Below are positions 13,678-27,574 of a stretch of DNA of 64,000 nt, piece after piece. Position 1 is the first letter of the stretch. Each line of letters begins with the position of its first letter. Made by a program: the position numbers and the translations under genes. Where the stretch lies: assembly GCA_951406725.2 (NCBI GenBank), contig OX597816.1, forward strand, positions 992,001 through 1,056,000, given 5' to 3'. This stretch comes from Octopus vulgaris (Eukaryota). The notes under the pieces are model-generated. The model was not told where the DNA came from and searched no databases. It saw nothing but the letters and a program-made list of their open reading frames with translations.

Positions 13678-16600
13678 CTAAGCTATTACACACTACATGA
13701 GTCAGCAGGGATGTTGTCTTGAGGCGTGGTGACAACAAACCTCCTCAGATCTTAAGCACCTTTCTTTGGACTCTTACAGAGTACGGGATGGCACTTTTCT
13801 GCAGATCAACAATCATCCTTTCAAGTACTGGGGTTGATGTGATCAATTCACTGTGTGTGTGTGTGTCCACTGCCAATCACTGGTTTTGTGCCAAATTAGA
13901 AAGTATTATTATTTCTTATTAGGATAACGAGCTGTCAAAATGATTAGCGTTTCTTCAGAGTCTTTTATGTTCTGAATTCAAATTCGGTTGAGGTCAACTT
14001 TACCATTCATCTTTTAGTGGGGTTTGATAAAATAAGTAGCCTTTCAGCCCTGGGGTGGATCTAATTGACTAACCCCTTCCCACACCCATGCACCCCTCCC
14101 CCAAAAATTTAGGTCTGTGCCTATAGTAAAAGGAATTATTATTATTATTATTATTACTTTATGTCAGTGTTTAATTGTTGCCAAAGGAAATGTGACCTGA
14201 GGGGGAGGGGGGGAGGGGTGTGTGCTGATGATGATTTCTTTAATAGTCTAGTTATGATAATGATACAAAAGGAATAGACATAAAAAAAAGGGTGTGGGCT
14301 GAAAAAAGACTGATTAATGGGAACAGGTGATGTTAGCTTCAGCTGTTGTTAAAAGCAAGTCAAACACACACACACACACACACACACACATGAGACAATG
14401 TATACCTTCACACACAGAAATGCAGGGCTTTTAGCTTTTTCTCCCTCCCTCCCCCCCACCTTTCCCTGCTGCTGTTGATTATATTTTTGATGGTCCAATA
14501 TCTTCCAGTGTTGGGTTGTCATAAAAATACTCCTGGCCACTTATAAAAACTGGTTTAGATGACAAAGAAATCCACCCCTTCCCCATCTCTCTCTCTCTCT
14601 CTCTCTCTGAAATACTTACAAATATTTGCTTTTTTTCAAAATTTGTATTGCCAAATAGATAAATAAATCATTTGTGCTGAGAAGATTTTTGGAAAGATTT
14701 TAAAAATTTTATTTCAAGTGGATTCATTTTGTTATTTTAAAACCTCACAAAAGACTCCAGATTAACTGAGATCCTTTTTCTATTTTATTTACAAATGTTT
14801 GTCTAGAGATAAGGAATAAATGAAAATGGATGAAAACAATAAAGAAAACTAGAATTTAAAAGATAACCGTTCCATTCCACTCTCATTCACCCTTTTAATA
14901 CAACTCTTCTTCTAATTCTATGATAGAAACATTTCCGTTTTAAAGGGATTTCAATTCAAACATTTCAACAAAATTTCATGTTTCTATTCCAAACACCAGA
15001 GAAATAATGACAGCAGTTGTTTTACTAAATTCTTTATTATTTTCAAAATTAATTGAAACAAAAGCAGGGGGTTTCAACAGAAATATGATAGTGTGGAAGG
15101 GATTAAATATGAGTGTTTGGAGAAGTTACCCAAAATACATTCTGTGTGGAGATGTATTTAGGCTGTACTCAATTGTTTATATAAGAGGTTATGGTGTAAT
15201 GGCTGGTAGGGAGCCACTGAGGAACCTACTTCCTTTGTTGGAAATAAAGTATTTCTCTTCTTCCTCTTCCATGTGAAAGGAAAACTGTAGGAAGTCTGCA
15301 TAACCCCCCCCCCAAAAAAAAAACATGTTTATGAGGTAGTATTAGCTTTAGTAGGGAGTCTGTTGTGGGATGATGTTTGTTTGGTAATAAGGGTTTTGTT
15401 TATTATTGATGGGGGACAAATTAAATATGTGAAATTTGTATTTAAAACTGTTGTGTCCTCCTCAAGTGAGTTGAAATAATCAGTTTGGGATGGGAAACAC
15501 CAACCTGATGTTCATAGGAGGGATTTTTATCCTGATCTGGATCTGTTGTGGGAATGACTGAAGGGTGGAAGGGAAAGGTGTCGAGAGTGGTAAGGGTTTG
15601 TGGTTGATTGGGATAACATTGGTGGAGCATAAGAAATTTAGGAAGAAGGGGTCTCATTGGACCTCACCAATGAAGATATCGAGGTTGAGGCATTTAGGGA
15701 AATTCTGCAGTTTTAGGAACTTACATTGCATTCTTGCTTGGAAAGATTCAAGTCAAAGTGATTAATGAGGGTGGTGATAAAGATGGGGGTGATTTTACAC
15801 AGAACTGATGTGTGTACAATGTCAAATCATACTTTGCTTTCTTCTTGACAATCCCCACACTCATTTACTCACTTATTTAGAAAAAAATCAAAATAAATGA
15901 TTGACACTATTCACATCTGCAATTGGTTGTCTGTTTTGACTCTCCAAAACCACCCTCCAAAGTTTCTTTACATCCAACTGTGTCTTCATCATCATCTCCT
16001 CCTTCTCAGTTGTCCGTCACAGACTCCTTCCTCTCTGTTACTTCACCCCCACAACAAAAACAACAACTTTCCTTTGTTGTTGTATTTGATCATACTTTCA
16101 TCATGGTTAAATACCTCAACCAACCAAATGTTGGTTTGTGTTGTGACATGAAATATAAAGAGGAACCTTTTAGATTGAGCCCTTCATCAGATAAGACAAA
16201 ACAAAAAGCTAAATCCTTTAGAGGGAGAATCCCACCGTCTGCAAAGACACCGTTCACCCCACACCTACAAAACTGTCAGAAGCCCGTTATATATCTCTGC
16301 CCTCCCAAGAGTCATGTCATTCATTTACAATCTTCTGTGAAAATGTGTCTGGCCATGGGGGAAATATTAGGTGAGGGTTAGTGACAGGAAGGGCATCCAG
16401 CTGTAGGTTATCTGCCTCAGCAAATTCTGTCTGATCCATGCAACCATTGGAAAAATGGATGATAAAAACGGAGGTTGAATATACATATGTGGTGGGGGTG
16501 GGTTTGTGTTTCATCTTGACATTAAATGATTATCACTCTCATACACGCAGTCAACCATTTCCAATATTTTGTGCCATGCCCAGCCATGAGCATAGGAAAC

Positions 16601-17221
16601 AGATCAAGCCATCTGTCCATCTGATGGGAAACTGCCTCCATTGCTTCTATACAACTCATGCCAGCCTCTGGAAAACTGGACGGTAGAAGAAGCTGGAAAC
16701 ATTTTATCTAATAATCTCTATCAAATCCTTTTCTGATAATCTGTAACACTGATATAGGTTTATCAGGTAATATTAACATATTTTAGTTGTAAATAATTGG
16801 CAACAAAGCCATTTCACCAAAGTACTTTATGTTCTTTACAGAGCTGTTTGTTAGGATCTCAGCGGAGAGTAAAGTGTTGAGCCTAGGTCGTCAAACATAG
16901 ATCCAATTAACTCATTTTACTCAAAATATTTCATCATCGTCATCATCGTTTGAATGTCCATTCTAACATCATCGTTTGAATGTCCATTCTATCATGATTG
17001 CAGGGATTAGATGGACTTTATTGAGGCTGATGTCCTTTCTGTTGCCAACACTTACCTCTGTCCAAACAAGGTGAATATTTACTTCTGGCCAGACATGCTT
17101 TCACGGAAGATTAGAAATATGAAAGCAAAACTTATTTACAACTATTACACATTATCAATACAACAAGATAAGCAAATTGCACATGGATGTGTATTTTTTT
17201 TTTATTGAAACTGGAACTGAG

Positions 17222-17260
<39 letters not shown>

Positions 17261-17535
17261 GCTTTAATTACAATTTACATCATTTTTGTGTTGCAGTAAC
17301 AGCTGCAAGTTGCTGAGTTTTCAGTTTCATTATATTAATTATTCTATAAATGATTACATAAATAAATACGATGTGCACACACACACACACACACACAGAG
17401 TTGACTTTTTCCAGTTTCCATCTACCAAATGCAGTGACAAGGCTTTGGTTGTTGACCTGTGGCTAGAGTAGAAGACATTTGGCCAAAAGTGCAGCAGTGG
17501 AACTGAATCTGAAACAAGATAAGGAAGTTCTTGAC

Positions 17536-17860
17536 CAGAGCTGGCCAACCTGAGGCTCATGGCCCGCAGACTTTTATCGTGTGGCCCGCTTTATACTTTC
17601 TTGAAATGGGTTTATTCAAACAAACATTGTTAAGATTTTATCAAAAAGAGTGTAATGGAAAGTAAAAAAGAAAGAAAGAAAGACAGATACTGTTTTTGCA
17701 ACGATTATATTTCATGTTGAATCAGCGATTGTTCATTCATTATTGTAATAATAGCAGGAGAAAGCAAAATGCCTTCAATTCTGTCAGTATACAAGTGGCC
17801 CTCAAAAAAAAATTCTGTGATTTAAATGGTCGGCAATGTAATTTGAGTTGACCAGGCTTG
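17536..17860. mobile_element. hAT (Charlie/Buster-like) MITE nested in a SINE
   Basis: TIRs cagagctggccaac / gttgaccaggcttg. 8-bp TSD ttcttgac (17528-35) / ttcttaac (17861-68). SINE sequence continues on both sides. Confidence 0.85.
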
Positions 17861-19138
17861 TTCTTAACCCCCAAACTACGCCTGCACCTTTTGCTCTACA
17901 GAACAGATATACACCAGGGTTACACATGTTTTAAGAATAGTGAGTCAATAAACTTCAACCAAGGAAAATTATCTATGTAATTAATAATAAAAAACTCCCC
18001 TTTATTAAAACATGTGAGACCTTAGTGTATTACATACAAAACAATTTTTTTCATTAAATAAAAAACATTTCCATGAAAAGAGAAGCGAAAAGAAAGGATG
18101 CAAAATTGCCAGTAAATTTAACCTTTAAGAAGCATTGGGGAAAGCAATTAAGCATCTTTTTTTTTGTTTGTAAAAGTTGAGGAGGCTGTCGTTTTTTTTT
18201 TGGGGGGGGGGAGATGAGGCAATGTTGAAAATAATTATCTTACTAAGGGTTGTTTTGTTTTAGTTTTTCTTTTTAAGGGTTTGAGGTAAATTGAGCTCAT
18301 ATACTATCAATTAAATACACCCAATATAATCAGCTATAATCTACTCTGAAACCATATAACTAATAATAATAATAATAATAATGACTTTGATAATGACCAC
18401 CAACACTTATTGCAATAATTAGAAATGACTGGGATCATTTTGTGATATTCCTTTTTAGAATAGATTGTGTGTGTTGTAGACACCAAAGGAAAATGACAAA
18501 ATAATTAGTTGGCCTGAATAAACAAGTGATAATTACATATCTGTTAATTTCAGAAGAGATTCACTTTTCTGCATCCATCTCCATAATTCCTGCCTGGTAC
18601 CAAATCCAGAGATAAAAGGAATACTGGTTAACCACAATATTTTAAACAATAAATATTTATGTATTTGTCTGATAAATTAGTTGATTTGCTCATATTTTGG
18701 TAATTAAAAAATACCCATTAATTAGTTGAAAAAGAACAGGAATTGGGATGTTCTTATCATCAGTTTTTCAATTGCATTATTTGAATGGATGAAGAAAGTA
18801 ACCTAATTTTGGGATTTGAATCTGGATTGGTAACCGTCTTAAAACATATTAAGCCTGTGCTAAAGCACACTTCATCATACACTTTTATATATCTTTGTGC
18901 ACTATGTTACTACAACTGATGACCTATAACCATCAGAATCCTAGCTTCGGCATAGAACCAATAATCAGACCAATTAGATACCATAGCCATGAATATACTG
19001 TTGAACAATGTTTAAAAATATATGTAACTGTTCTTTTACACATGTTGATATATATATATATCTTTCCATGCTAGCATGGGTTGGACGATTTGACTGAGCT
19101 CTGGCGAACCAGATGGCTGCACCAGGCTCCAATCTGCC

Positions 19139-19842
19139 AGATTCTTTAGGCTGTTTCCACATGTATACTCGGCCGGTGGTCAGAAATAAGGTAAAGGATG
19201 ACTTGTCCGAGAAAATAACATTCTTCCACTGCTCAAGGAACCAATTCTGTAGGTTTTTACTGCACTCTAAATGCTTTGCAACATTTGTTTTTGAAAGTAG
19301 TGGTTTTCTGATTGCAGCCCTCCTGTGAAATCCAGCTTTGTGCAGCTCCCAGTGAGCAGTTTTTGTGGAAACTGGATTCTCGAGGTGGTCATTAAGCTCT
19401 GCAGTTATTTTGGGAGCTCTCTAACAATTCACGTAAAAGTCTTACAGTCTCCATCTGAAAGTTTTGGTTTTCTTCCGGGGTTTTGTTTCGACGAGGAGGT
19501 TTTTCCCTCTTCCTCAAAAGCTGTCATTACTTTCGAGGCAGTACTTCTTGATACACCAAACATTTTGGCTGTTTTCGTTACTCTTGTGTCTGCCATGTGT
19601 CTGCCATACGAGCAGCAACAATTAGACCTCTTTGAAAATCCGATAGATCTATCAGTTTAATGAATTTTAATTACCTTTTTCTGATGATATCTGAAAAGAA
19701 ACAGCAATTTTAGCAAAACATATTAAGAAACACTAATAATAAATCAAAAAACAAAAATAAACAAGCTTTTGGCAGTTTTATAGATATTTCAAAATTATGA
19801 TGCTATGATGCTAGGTGTTTCCATTATTTTGTCCAACCCCTG
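19139..19842 (-). mobile_element. Tc1-like transposon, left end plus N-terminal transposase pseudogene
   Basis: Minus strand begins CAGGGGTTGGACAAAATAATGGAAACACC next to a (TA)n run. Translation shows DLSDFQRGLIVAARMA, TAKMFGVSRSTASKV, the GRKPK linker and WKNVIFSD (first catalytic D). Truncated at about 19139 against an RTE-tail repeat. Confidence 0.88.
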
Positions 19843-19910
19843 TGTATATATATATTACAGAGATGTACTTGCATAGCAAGTGACCTGATCTGAGATAGTG
19901 TGCTGGAACA

Positions 19911-20098
19911 AAAATAATTGCAGCGTGGAAGGTGTTTATAAGCCATTTAAAAACACACAAAAACCATTAGATTCATCATTTAAATTTAAGATGTAGCATG
20001 CTATATCTTAAATTTTATCAGCCATTTAAATGTTGAATGTAACAGTTTTTGTGTGTTTTTAAATGGCTTATAAACACCTTCCACACTGCAATTGTTTT
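19911..20098. repeat. Nested inverted repeat (arms of about 75 bp plus an inner 34-bp palindrome)
   Basis: aaaataattgcagcgtggaaggtgtttataagccatttaaaaacacacaaaaac pairs with gtttttgtgtgtttttaaatggcttataaacaccttccacactgcaattgtttt. Inner palindrome 19982-20015 has one mismatch. TA runs on both sides. Confidence 0.9.
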
Positions 20099-20154
20099 AT
20101 ATATATATACACACACACACATATATTCACACACACATATATATATATATATAC

Positions 20155-20608
20155 ATATGCTGTGACTGAGAAGACCTGGCAAATTGAGTCCACAGCTGTA
20201 ACCTACACTAGTGTGGCATACCAGCCTACTCAAGAGTATCTTGGATTGTAGGACGACATGCCATGCTTGAGGAGATCTATTGAGTCAAGTACATCAACAT
20301 CAGCAATATCAAAATCAAATCAAATGGAAATTGTAGTTGTGAGCCTTGTGCTGGTATCACGTAAAAAGCACCATCCAAACGTGGCCGATGCCAGTGCCTC
20401 TTTGACTGGCTTCCATGCTGGTGGCATGCAAAAAGCACCTGCTACACTCTCGGAGTAGTTGGTATTAGGAATGGCATCCAGCCGTAGAAACACTGCCAGA
20501 TCGGATTGATGCCTGTTGCAGCCTCCTGGCTTCCCAGATGCCAGTCAAACCATCCAACCCATACCAGCATGGAAAACGGACATTAAACAACAACAATGAT
20601 GATGACGA
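20155..20608 (+). mobile_element. RTE LINE 3' fragment
   Basis: Colinear with the RTE 3' UTR; ends aaccatccaacccataccagcatggaaaacggacattaaac...gatgatgac. Confidence 0.8.
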
Positions 20609-20620
20609 TATATATATATA

Positions 20621-20832
20621 CTGTAACCACCTCACCATCTCACGCTTCATCTATCACGGTTTATGATTTCAGCGTTCATCGATTTCTCTGTGCTGTTCTT
20701 TTGCATTTAGAATAAAATAAATATATACAAATTATAGAAATAATTAAAAAATATATATACAGTACTGTTTCTACTTCACGGATTTTCACCTATCGCGAGT
20801 GGCTAACACCTGCGATAGTCAAGGGATTACTG
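20621..20832. mobile_element. pogo/Tigger-like MITE
   Basis: Right TIR ...cgatagtcaagggattactg (reverse complement CAGTAATCCCT) and a degenerate left TIR ctgtaaccacctc after (TA)n. Confidence 0.6.
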
Positions 20833-21180
20833 TGCGTGTTTGTGTGTGTGTACAGCTGGAAGTGTAAGAAAAAGTAGAAAGTAAAAGAAACAAAATGCAA
20901 AGAAAGCAGAACAAAGTTTCAGTTTTACTTTATATTTTGGGATGAAAACCCCCGACTTCAGGACATTGAGAAAATGCTCAGGTGTGAGTCTGTGGGGCAA
21001 CAGCCTTTTCCAAACAGCACTTTTTTTCCAAATGTCTTGAAGCAAGTGTTGTCACCCGGAAATATTGAAATACAAGGAAAAAACTGCAACTTTGTTCTTT
21101 TTCCTTTTCTAGTTTACTTTTTACCTTCTTGCATTGGCCTTACACAACTGCATTCTTTAAAGTAATACCACGTACATACA

Positions 21181-21247
<67 letters not shown>

Positions 21248-22531
21248 TAGTACTAAAGGAACAGGCATGACTGTGTGGTTGAGAAGTTTGCTTCCTGACC
21301 ACAAGGTTTCAGGTTGATCTAATGAGGGGTTAGGGTTTGGGCCAACAGAAGCCCTGTGAGTGGATTAGATAAAAAAAAAAATGAAATAAGATCATTGTGT
21401 GTGTGTGTGTGTGTGTTTCTTTACATCTGTGATGACTTCTGCAAAAAATGACCCCTTATATGAAAAAGACAGGAAGGGCTTCCTTCATATATTTGTTTGA
21501 CCCATGCAAGAAGGGAGAAACTGGCATAAAATGAAGAAAATAAGGGTGTGTGATGAAGTGAATTTTATCATAGATGGTTGTTATACATGTAAAATCAACA
21601 CACACACACATGAAAGGTTCTTTTTCTAAATAAACTAAATTTAGCAGATGTTTGCTGGGAAATAAAATAATAATAATAGAACACGAAAATCCAGCCAACA
21701 TGGTCTTATGTACTACTACTGCTACTACAGATGATGATGATAATGCTAATAATAATATGGTAATTGGGTTAACTATATAATGTTAAATGGTGAGATCTGG
21801 GATGATAACAATGACAACATTTAAAATTCTAATGACAACAAGAGTAATTACGGCAAATATTAAACACTGACACTGGTGATGAGGAGGAGGAGGAGGATGG
21901 TGGTGGTGGTTGGTGCTGGTGTTGGCAGTGGTGCTAGAAACAATAGGAGGACTAATTATAAAGTCTGGGCAGACAAAACATTAATGACAACAGTAAAAAT
22001 CATGAAAAATGGGGGGGGGGTCCTCTTTTTGTGTCAGACTGAAATTGCTTTTTTTTTTATATATATATCTTAAGCCCAAAACTTTTTGTTTGGTTATTCT
22101 TTCTTTTTTGTTGCTGTTGTTGAAAAAGTACATGACCTCTGCTGTTTTTCTCCCTCCCCACATTTTCCAGGGTGTCTTGGCATATTTGTGTTAATGTTTG
22201 TCAAAAACTTGCTGAAGGATGCAGTCTTTTCACTCTCTTCTAACATAAATCCTCTCTCTGCCTCCCTGCTCACCCCACGATAGGGCTTGGCTTTGGTCTT
22301 ATTGGCTGGCTCTCTCTGTCTGCAGGCACCCTCTGTGTGTGTGTGTGCATATGTGCCCCTCTTCTGTCAATCTTGGCCTGAGTTACATACTTTCTCCGCC
22401 TCCCCCCCTCTTTTTCTCTCTCTGAATGTATCTGTTTATTCCCCCACCCCCACCCAGTGGTGTCTTGTTCCTCATAACACCCAGTCCTTCTTGAGACAAT
22501 TGACCCTTCTCACTCACAATGTCTTATTCTA

Positions 22532-23795
22532 TTGGCTCATCCCATAAATAATGCAGTGTTTTTCAATTGTATGAACTAAAAGCCAGAGGAGGAACAGGAT
22601 AAACTACCTGCATCAACTTGCTATAAAAGCAGGTAGTAATTTTAACTCCTGCTTATTCTTAGTGCAAGTTTTGAAGAGTGCAGTTCGATTTTAACAGTTA
22701 TTTTTTCAAAGCTATAAATGCAAGTGGTAAAGGAGCACATTCGGCATCTTTTGCTTTGAGTTCAATAAAGGCAACAACACAATGGAAAGTGTGAGGAATA
22801 TTGATGCAGTAAATGGGGATTGGACAATAAGCGTAAGCCAGAGTCAACGGTGGTTCTAGAAATTCCAAGCCAGAAACTACAGCCTTGAAGATGAGTCTCA
22901 TCCTGGAAGATCTGTAGAGCTCAATGAGGACATCCTGCAAACCCCGGTGGAACAAAAGCCCATCGTAACTGTTGAGGAACTAGCAGAGAAGCTTGGATTT
23001 GATCATTCAACCATCAGAGAAGTCAGCAAATTGGGTCAGTGGGTTCCTCACAGACTTTCTGAGTCTAATTGCATGCAAAGAGTGAACGTGACCTTTTCTT
23101 TGCTGTCACATCTCACCAATGAACCTTTTTTTCCACTGAATAGTGACTGGTGATGAGAAATGGGCTCTCTATAAAACTGTCAAGCACTGAAAACAGTGGG
23201 TAGGGAAAGGAGAGACACCAGCTCCCCAGGCTAAAGAAGGTCTTCACCCATGTAAGGTGTTGCTATCTTTTTGGTGGGATATGAAAGGTTTAGTTCACCT
23301 TGAACTTTTAAATCCAAACAATAACAAAGGAGATCTACTGCAAGCAGCTTGAGTAGCTTAAGTCAGCACAAGAAGAAAAACGACCATATTTGGTTTGAAG
23401 ATGAAAGGTGTTCTTCCATCAGGATAATACTCAGCCACATACGGCAAGGAAGAGATTCCAAAGGCTGGAGCAGTTTGAATGGGAAACGATGCCCCACCCA
23501 CCATATTCACCAGACATTGCCCCATTTGATTATCATTCATTCCGTAGTCTTCAAAATCATTTGGACGAAAAAAATATGAATTCTGTAAACGAGGTCAGAA
23601 CGGTACTGGAGGAGTATTTTTTGTCACAGACAAGTAAATTTTGGAAGAGGGGCCTTGCAAGTCTACCAGATAGGTGGAAGAGCATTGTAGGAAATGAAGG
23701 AGAGTATATGTTAGATTAAAAAAGATCGTTATCTTAATTTTGAAAAATAAAAGAAGTAAAAAAAAAAAAGCTGCATGGTTTATGGAATGACCCAA
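22532..23795 (+). mobile_element. Mariner (D,D34D) transposon copy 2, near full length, pseudogenised
   Basis: TA flanks at 22530-31 and 23796-97. TIRs ttggctcatcccataaa / tttatggaatgacccaa. Motifs WVPHRL, TGDEKW, HQDN and HPPYSPDIAPFDY. Same family as copy 1. Confidence 0.95.
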
Positions 23796-25385
23796 TATGA
23801 TGCCCCCCCCACCAAATAACCCCTGTTTTAATACACTTTGTAAAGCTTTCCCTTCCTAATTGTAGGGATTTGGGGGGAAAGTGAACTGGTTTTTTTTTTT
23901 CTTTCCTAAGATTAGTACAATCTGATCCAACAAGCAACATCATCATTGTCATCATCATCATCTTCATAAGTTTTGTGTTCCCCATTCTTGCATGGGTTGG
24001 ACTGCTTGTTGCTGTGCTCCGAGGTGGACTATGAATAGTCCCAAATAAACTCAGGCTCAAAACTGCCAATTTAAAGAAAGATTGAGTCAAATCAACCCAA
24101 GTACATGACTGGTATTCATTTGGACTTGAAGGTCCCACTGGTGAATCCTTTTTCTTGGTAATTATTTCTGACATTAATGCAATTAGTGTAGTGGGGTGGG
24201 AGGTAGTTGATTCAATCAGCCTCTTCCCCTCTCCATTTCACTGGTTCCCTATTTTATTGGACCCAGAATAATGTAAAGTTGACTTTAGTAGCATTTGAAC
24301 TCAGAAAATAAAAAACTGAAACAAATCTTTTAATGCTTCAACCTCCTCACTAATAAGTCTTTCTAATTTTGGCTTAAGGGGCTTGGGTAGGGGTTATATT
24401 GACCCCAGTACTTGACTGGTACTTTGTTTTTAATCAACCCTGAAAAGATAAAAAGCAAAGTTGAATGTAAAGTTGGAAGAAATGCCACTCAGCCTCTTGG
24501 CCAGCATTCTAACCATTGTGCCAGGGTCACCGCCTTGATGAGGATGATGATGATGATGATGAATTTCTTCCTTTCTAAAGGTGGAGTGTGATGCAAGGTA
24601 GCCTGATATTTGTAAAGATGGGGGTGGGGTAACTCAAAGTATCAGGATATTTCCTGAAATAAATAAAATCTTCATTTCACCACTTTTCGCCTTGTAATCA
24701 ATATAAACTCCAATATAAACTAAACATCTCCCGTCCATTGTAAACATTGCTAAGTCTCTGCTAAACAAATTGTTAGATTTTGTTATGTAATTCACAAACT
24801 TTGTACCATTTTAGGGGCCAAGTTGGTTGGTTTAGTTTCAAATTTCATGTCTTTAAATTAATAAGCTTCAACCTGGGTGGTAGGGTTTGCTCTCATCAGG
24901 TGATTTGACATTCCAAATGGGGGGAGGGGGTAGAAAGTTTGTGGGGGCATTTTTTTTATTTTTACTTTTTTTTTATGTATCTTTGTTGAGGCAGATTTTT
25001 TTACCTTTAACTCTTAACAGCCAACACAAATTCTTTCAGGTCAGGTAAACACACCCAACCTGATAAACGTGTAAACTCTTGTTAATTCAAGTCGCAAATG
25101 AATTTTCTACATAATCCTGATGCATCTGATTCAGTTTTTGTCTCATTTCAGTGACATCTATTATTGTATAGCAAAACTGATGAGATTAATTAACTTCAGA
25201 TGAAACAATTGTAAATTGATGTAATTAAAAGGACTTGCTCACTCCATTCTTCTTGTTTGTAATTTAAAAAACTCCATAGATATTTGTGAATTTTCAGGCA
25301 TCTGTTTGATAAAACAAGCAATCTCTGGATTACTCTGTCTTGTCTGATAGCCTGTACCTGTGGATGAGCTTAATAGGGTAAACTC

Positions 25386-25444
<59 letters not shown>

Positions 25445-27523
25445 TCTCTGACCTTCCTATTGGACTGTCACCTTTCTGTGCCCACTCACCTATCTTAAGC
25501 TTCTTGCCAAAACAATGAGAGGAGACACAAATATTGGGAGTTTTTCATGGTTGAATTAGTGTCTGTCTCCCCCACCACCACCGTAGATTGACTGAAAGAA
25601 TAGTGTATAATTTCACACCTGTAAAATAACTCTTTTTACTCCCTTAACCCCCCCTCACCCCTCTCTCTCTTGACTGTCCTGTGGTACTTTTTTTTTTCAA
25701 CCCAATTTGATGAAGTATGCCACAACCACCACCCAACCACACTATGTTGTTGATACCCAGTAATATCCATTTAGATCTTATCTAGTTATCACTCTACCTA
25801 TCTCTCTTTCCCTCTCAGATACACACACACACACACACACACGAGCACACTATGTAGTTACATTCTCAATACTTTATAGCTGTCCACTACTTGGAGGGGG
25901 AGATGGCCACCACTAACAATGAGAAAGCATTTAAAATATATTTAAAATATTTTTTTTATTGGTTTGTGTTCAACAGTGATTCCTTAATAGCTCATTGTAG
26001 CCCTGGGCTGACCAAAACCTTGTAAGTAGCTGTGTTAGAACTGAAAGAAGGCTGTTTGTGTGTGTGTATTGACATCTTGACCTCATTGGATTGTTTTAAA
26101 CAAGCCATCACCGTTCTCCACACAACTTTTAACATGTAGACTCCCTACATACATTTTTTACTACCCTAAACCCCTTCTATCACAAACATATTGCCCGTTA
26201 GAGACCAAGTGCTTTCATTGTTCCGTCAACAGTGAAGCAATGTCTTAAACATAGACTTAATAATAATGAAATGTTTCCAGGAAACAAAAATTATGTCAAA
26301 GAAACATTCTGCTTGGAGAAATAGCAGGAGGCCATTTTGTAAATCTCTGATTTTTTTGTTTGTTTTTATTGTTAGTTTTGGTTCCTCTTAAAGTTGTAAC
26401 ATTTTCCTTTCTGAGTTCTAAACTGAAAATCATGGTTTGAAAAAAGCTAATTCAAAGGACCAGTCTTCAGTAGTATCATTGATACTATAAGATAAGTCAT
26501 CATTTCATTGTTTTTTACTTCTGCTTTTTCAATGCTGGAATGAGTTGGAAAGGAACTTGTTGAGACACCTGGATGCTCTTTCTGTCACCAACCCTTACTT
26601 TGTTTTTCAAATAAGATATTAATCTTCCCACATAGAAATTGCCAAACTTCAGGACAATTTGTTTTACTGGAGACCTGAACAAGCGTCACCATTTCTGCTC
26701 AGAAGATAGCAACAGTTTGTGGTCCCATGGAAACCAGCTCCACCCCTTCCTCCTCACATACATAATGGGCTTTTTTCTAGTTTCTGCCAACCAAATTTTA
26801 CTCACAAGGCATTGGTCAACCCAGCAAAATGTCCGGTCAAGTGGGATTGAATCCAAAACTACATCATTGCAAGGTAAACTTTATAACCACACAACCTTAT
26901 CGAAATAACAACAACATTCAGAAGATGCAACTGTCTCCATATGCATGTGTGTGTGTGTGTTTCTATTCCAGAGTCGTCACAGCTTAAATTAATTGCTGAT
27001 GTTGAGATTCCTCATTGAAGTTTTTGAAATAAAAAAAAATTTTTTTCTAATTTCTTAACTTGAAAAACAGTTAAGGATTGGTGACAGGAAGAGTATCCAG
27101 CTGTAAAACTCCTGCCTCAACTCCTCTGGCTAAACCCATTGAGCGTAGGAGAAGAAGCTAAATGAACGAATTTGTACAGGTGATTCCACTTAGGTATGGT
27201 GATACTAATAATCAGTTATTAGAACTCAATATGGACACACTTGAGAGGAAACCACAGCAGAGTGAGTCCAGGTTGCAATCGGAATAAACTGAATGACGAA
27301 GTGTGTGTGTGTGGGGCACCAAAGTTCTGAAAAATTGGAACCTTTAATTATCATCCTAGCCATAATGAGAATTTTTGCAATATCAATAAATGCAATCACC
27401 GTGAACCCTTAAACATGTCCAACCTTTGGAGAGTGAAGGACAAACCAGAGTGATGAAACCCCAAAACATAAAAAGTTTCACTGACAACAAACATAGATTC
27501 CCATCATCAGTTGCCCCCGTGTG

Positions 27524-27574
<51 letters not shown>

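Noticed and set aside
19681-19700. CTGATGA...GAAA motif
   Set aside because: There is no room for stem II and no stem I or III; it is part of the Tc1 leader.
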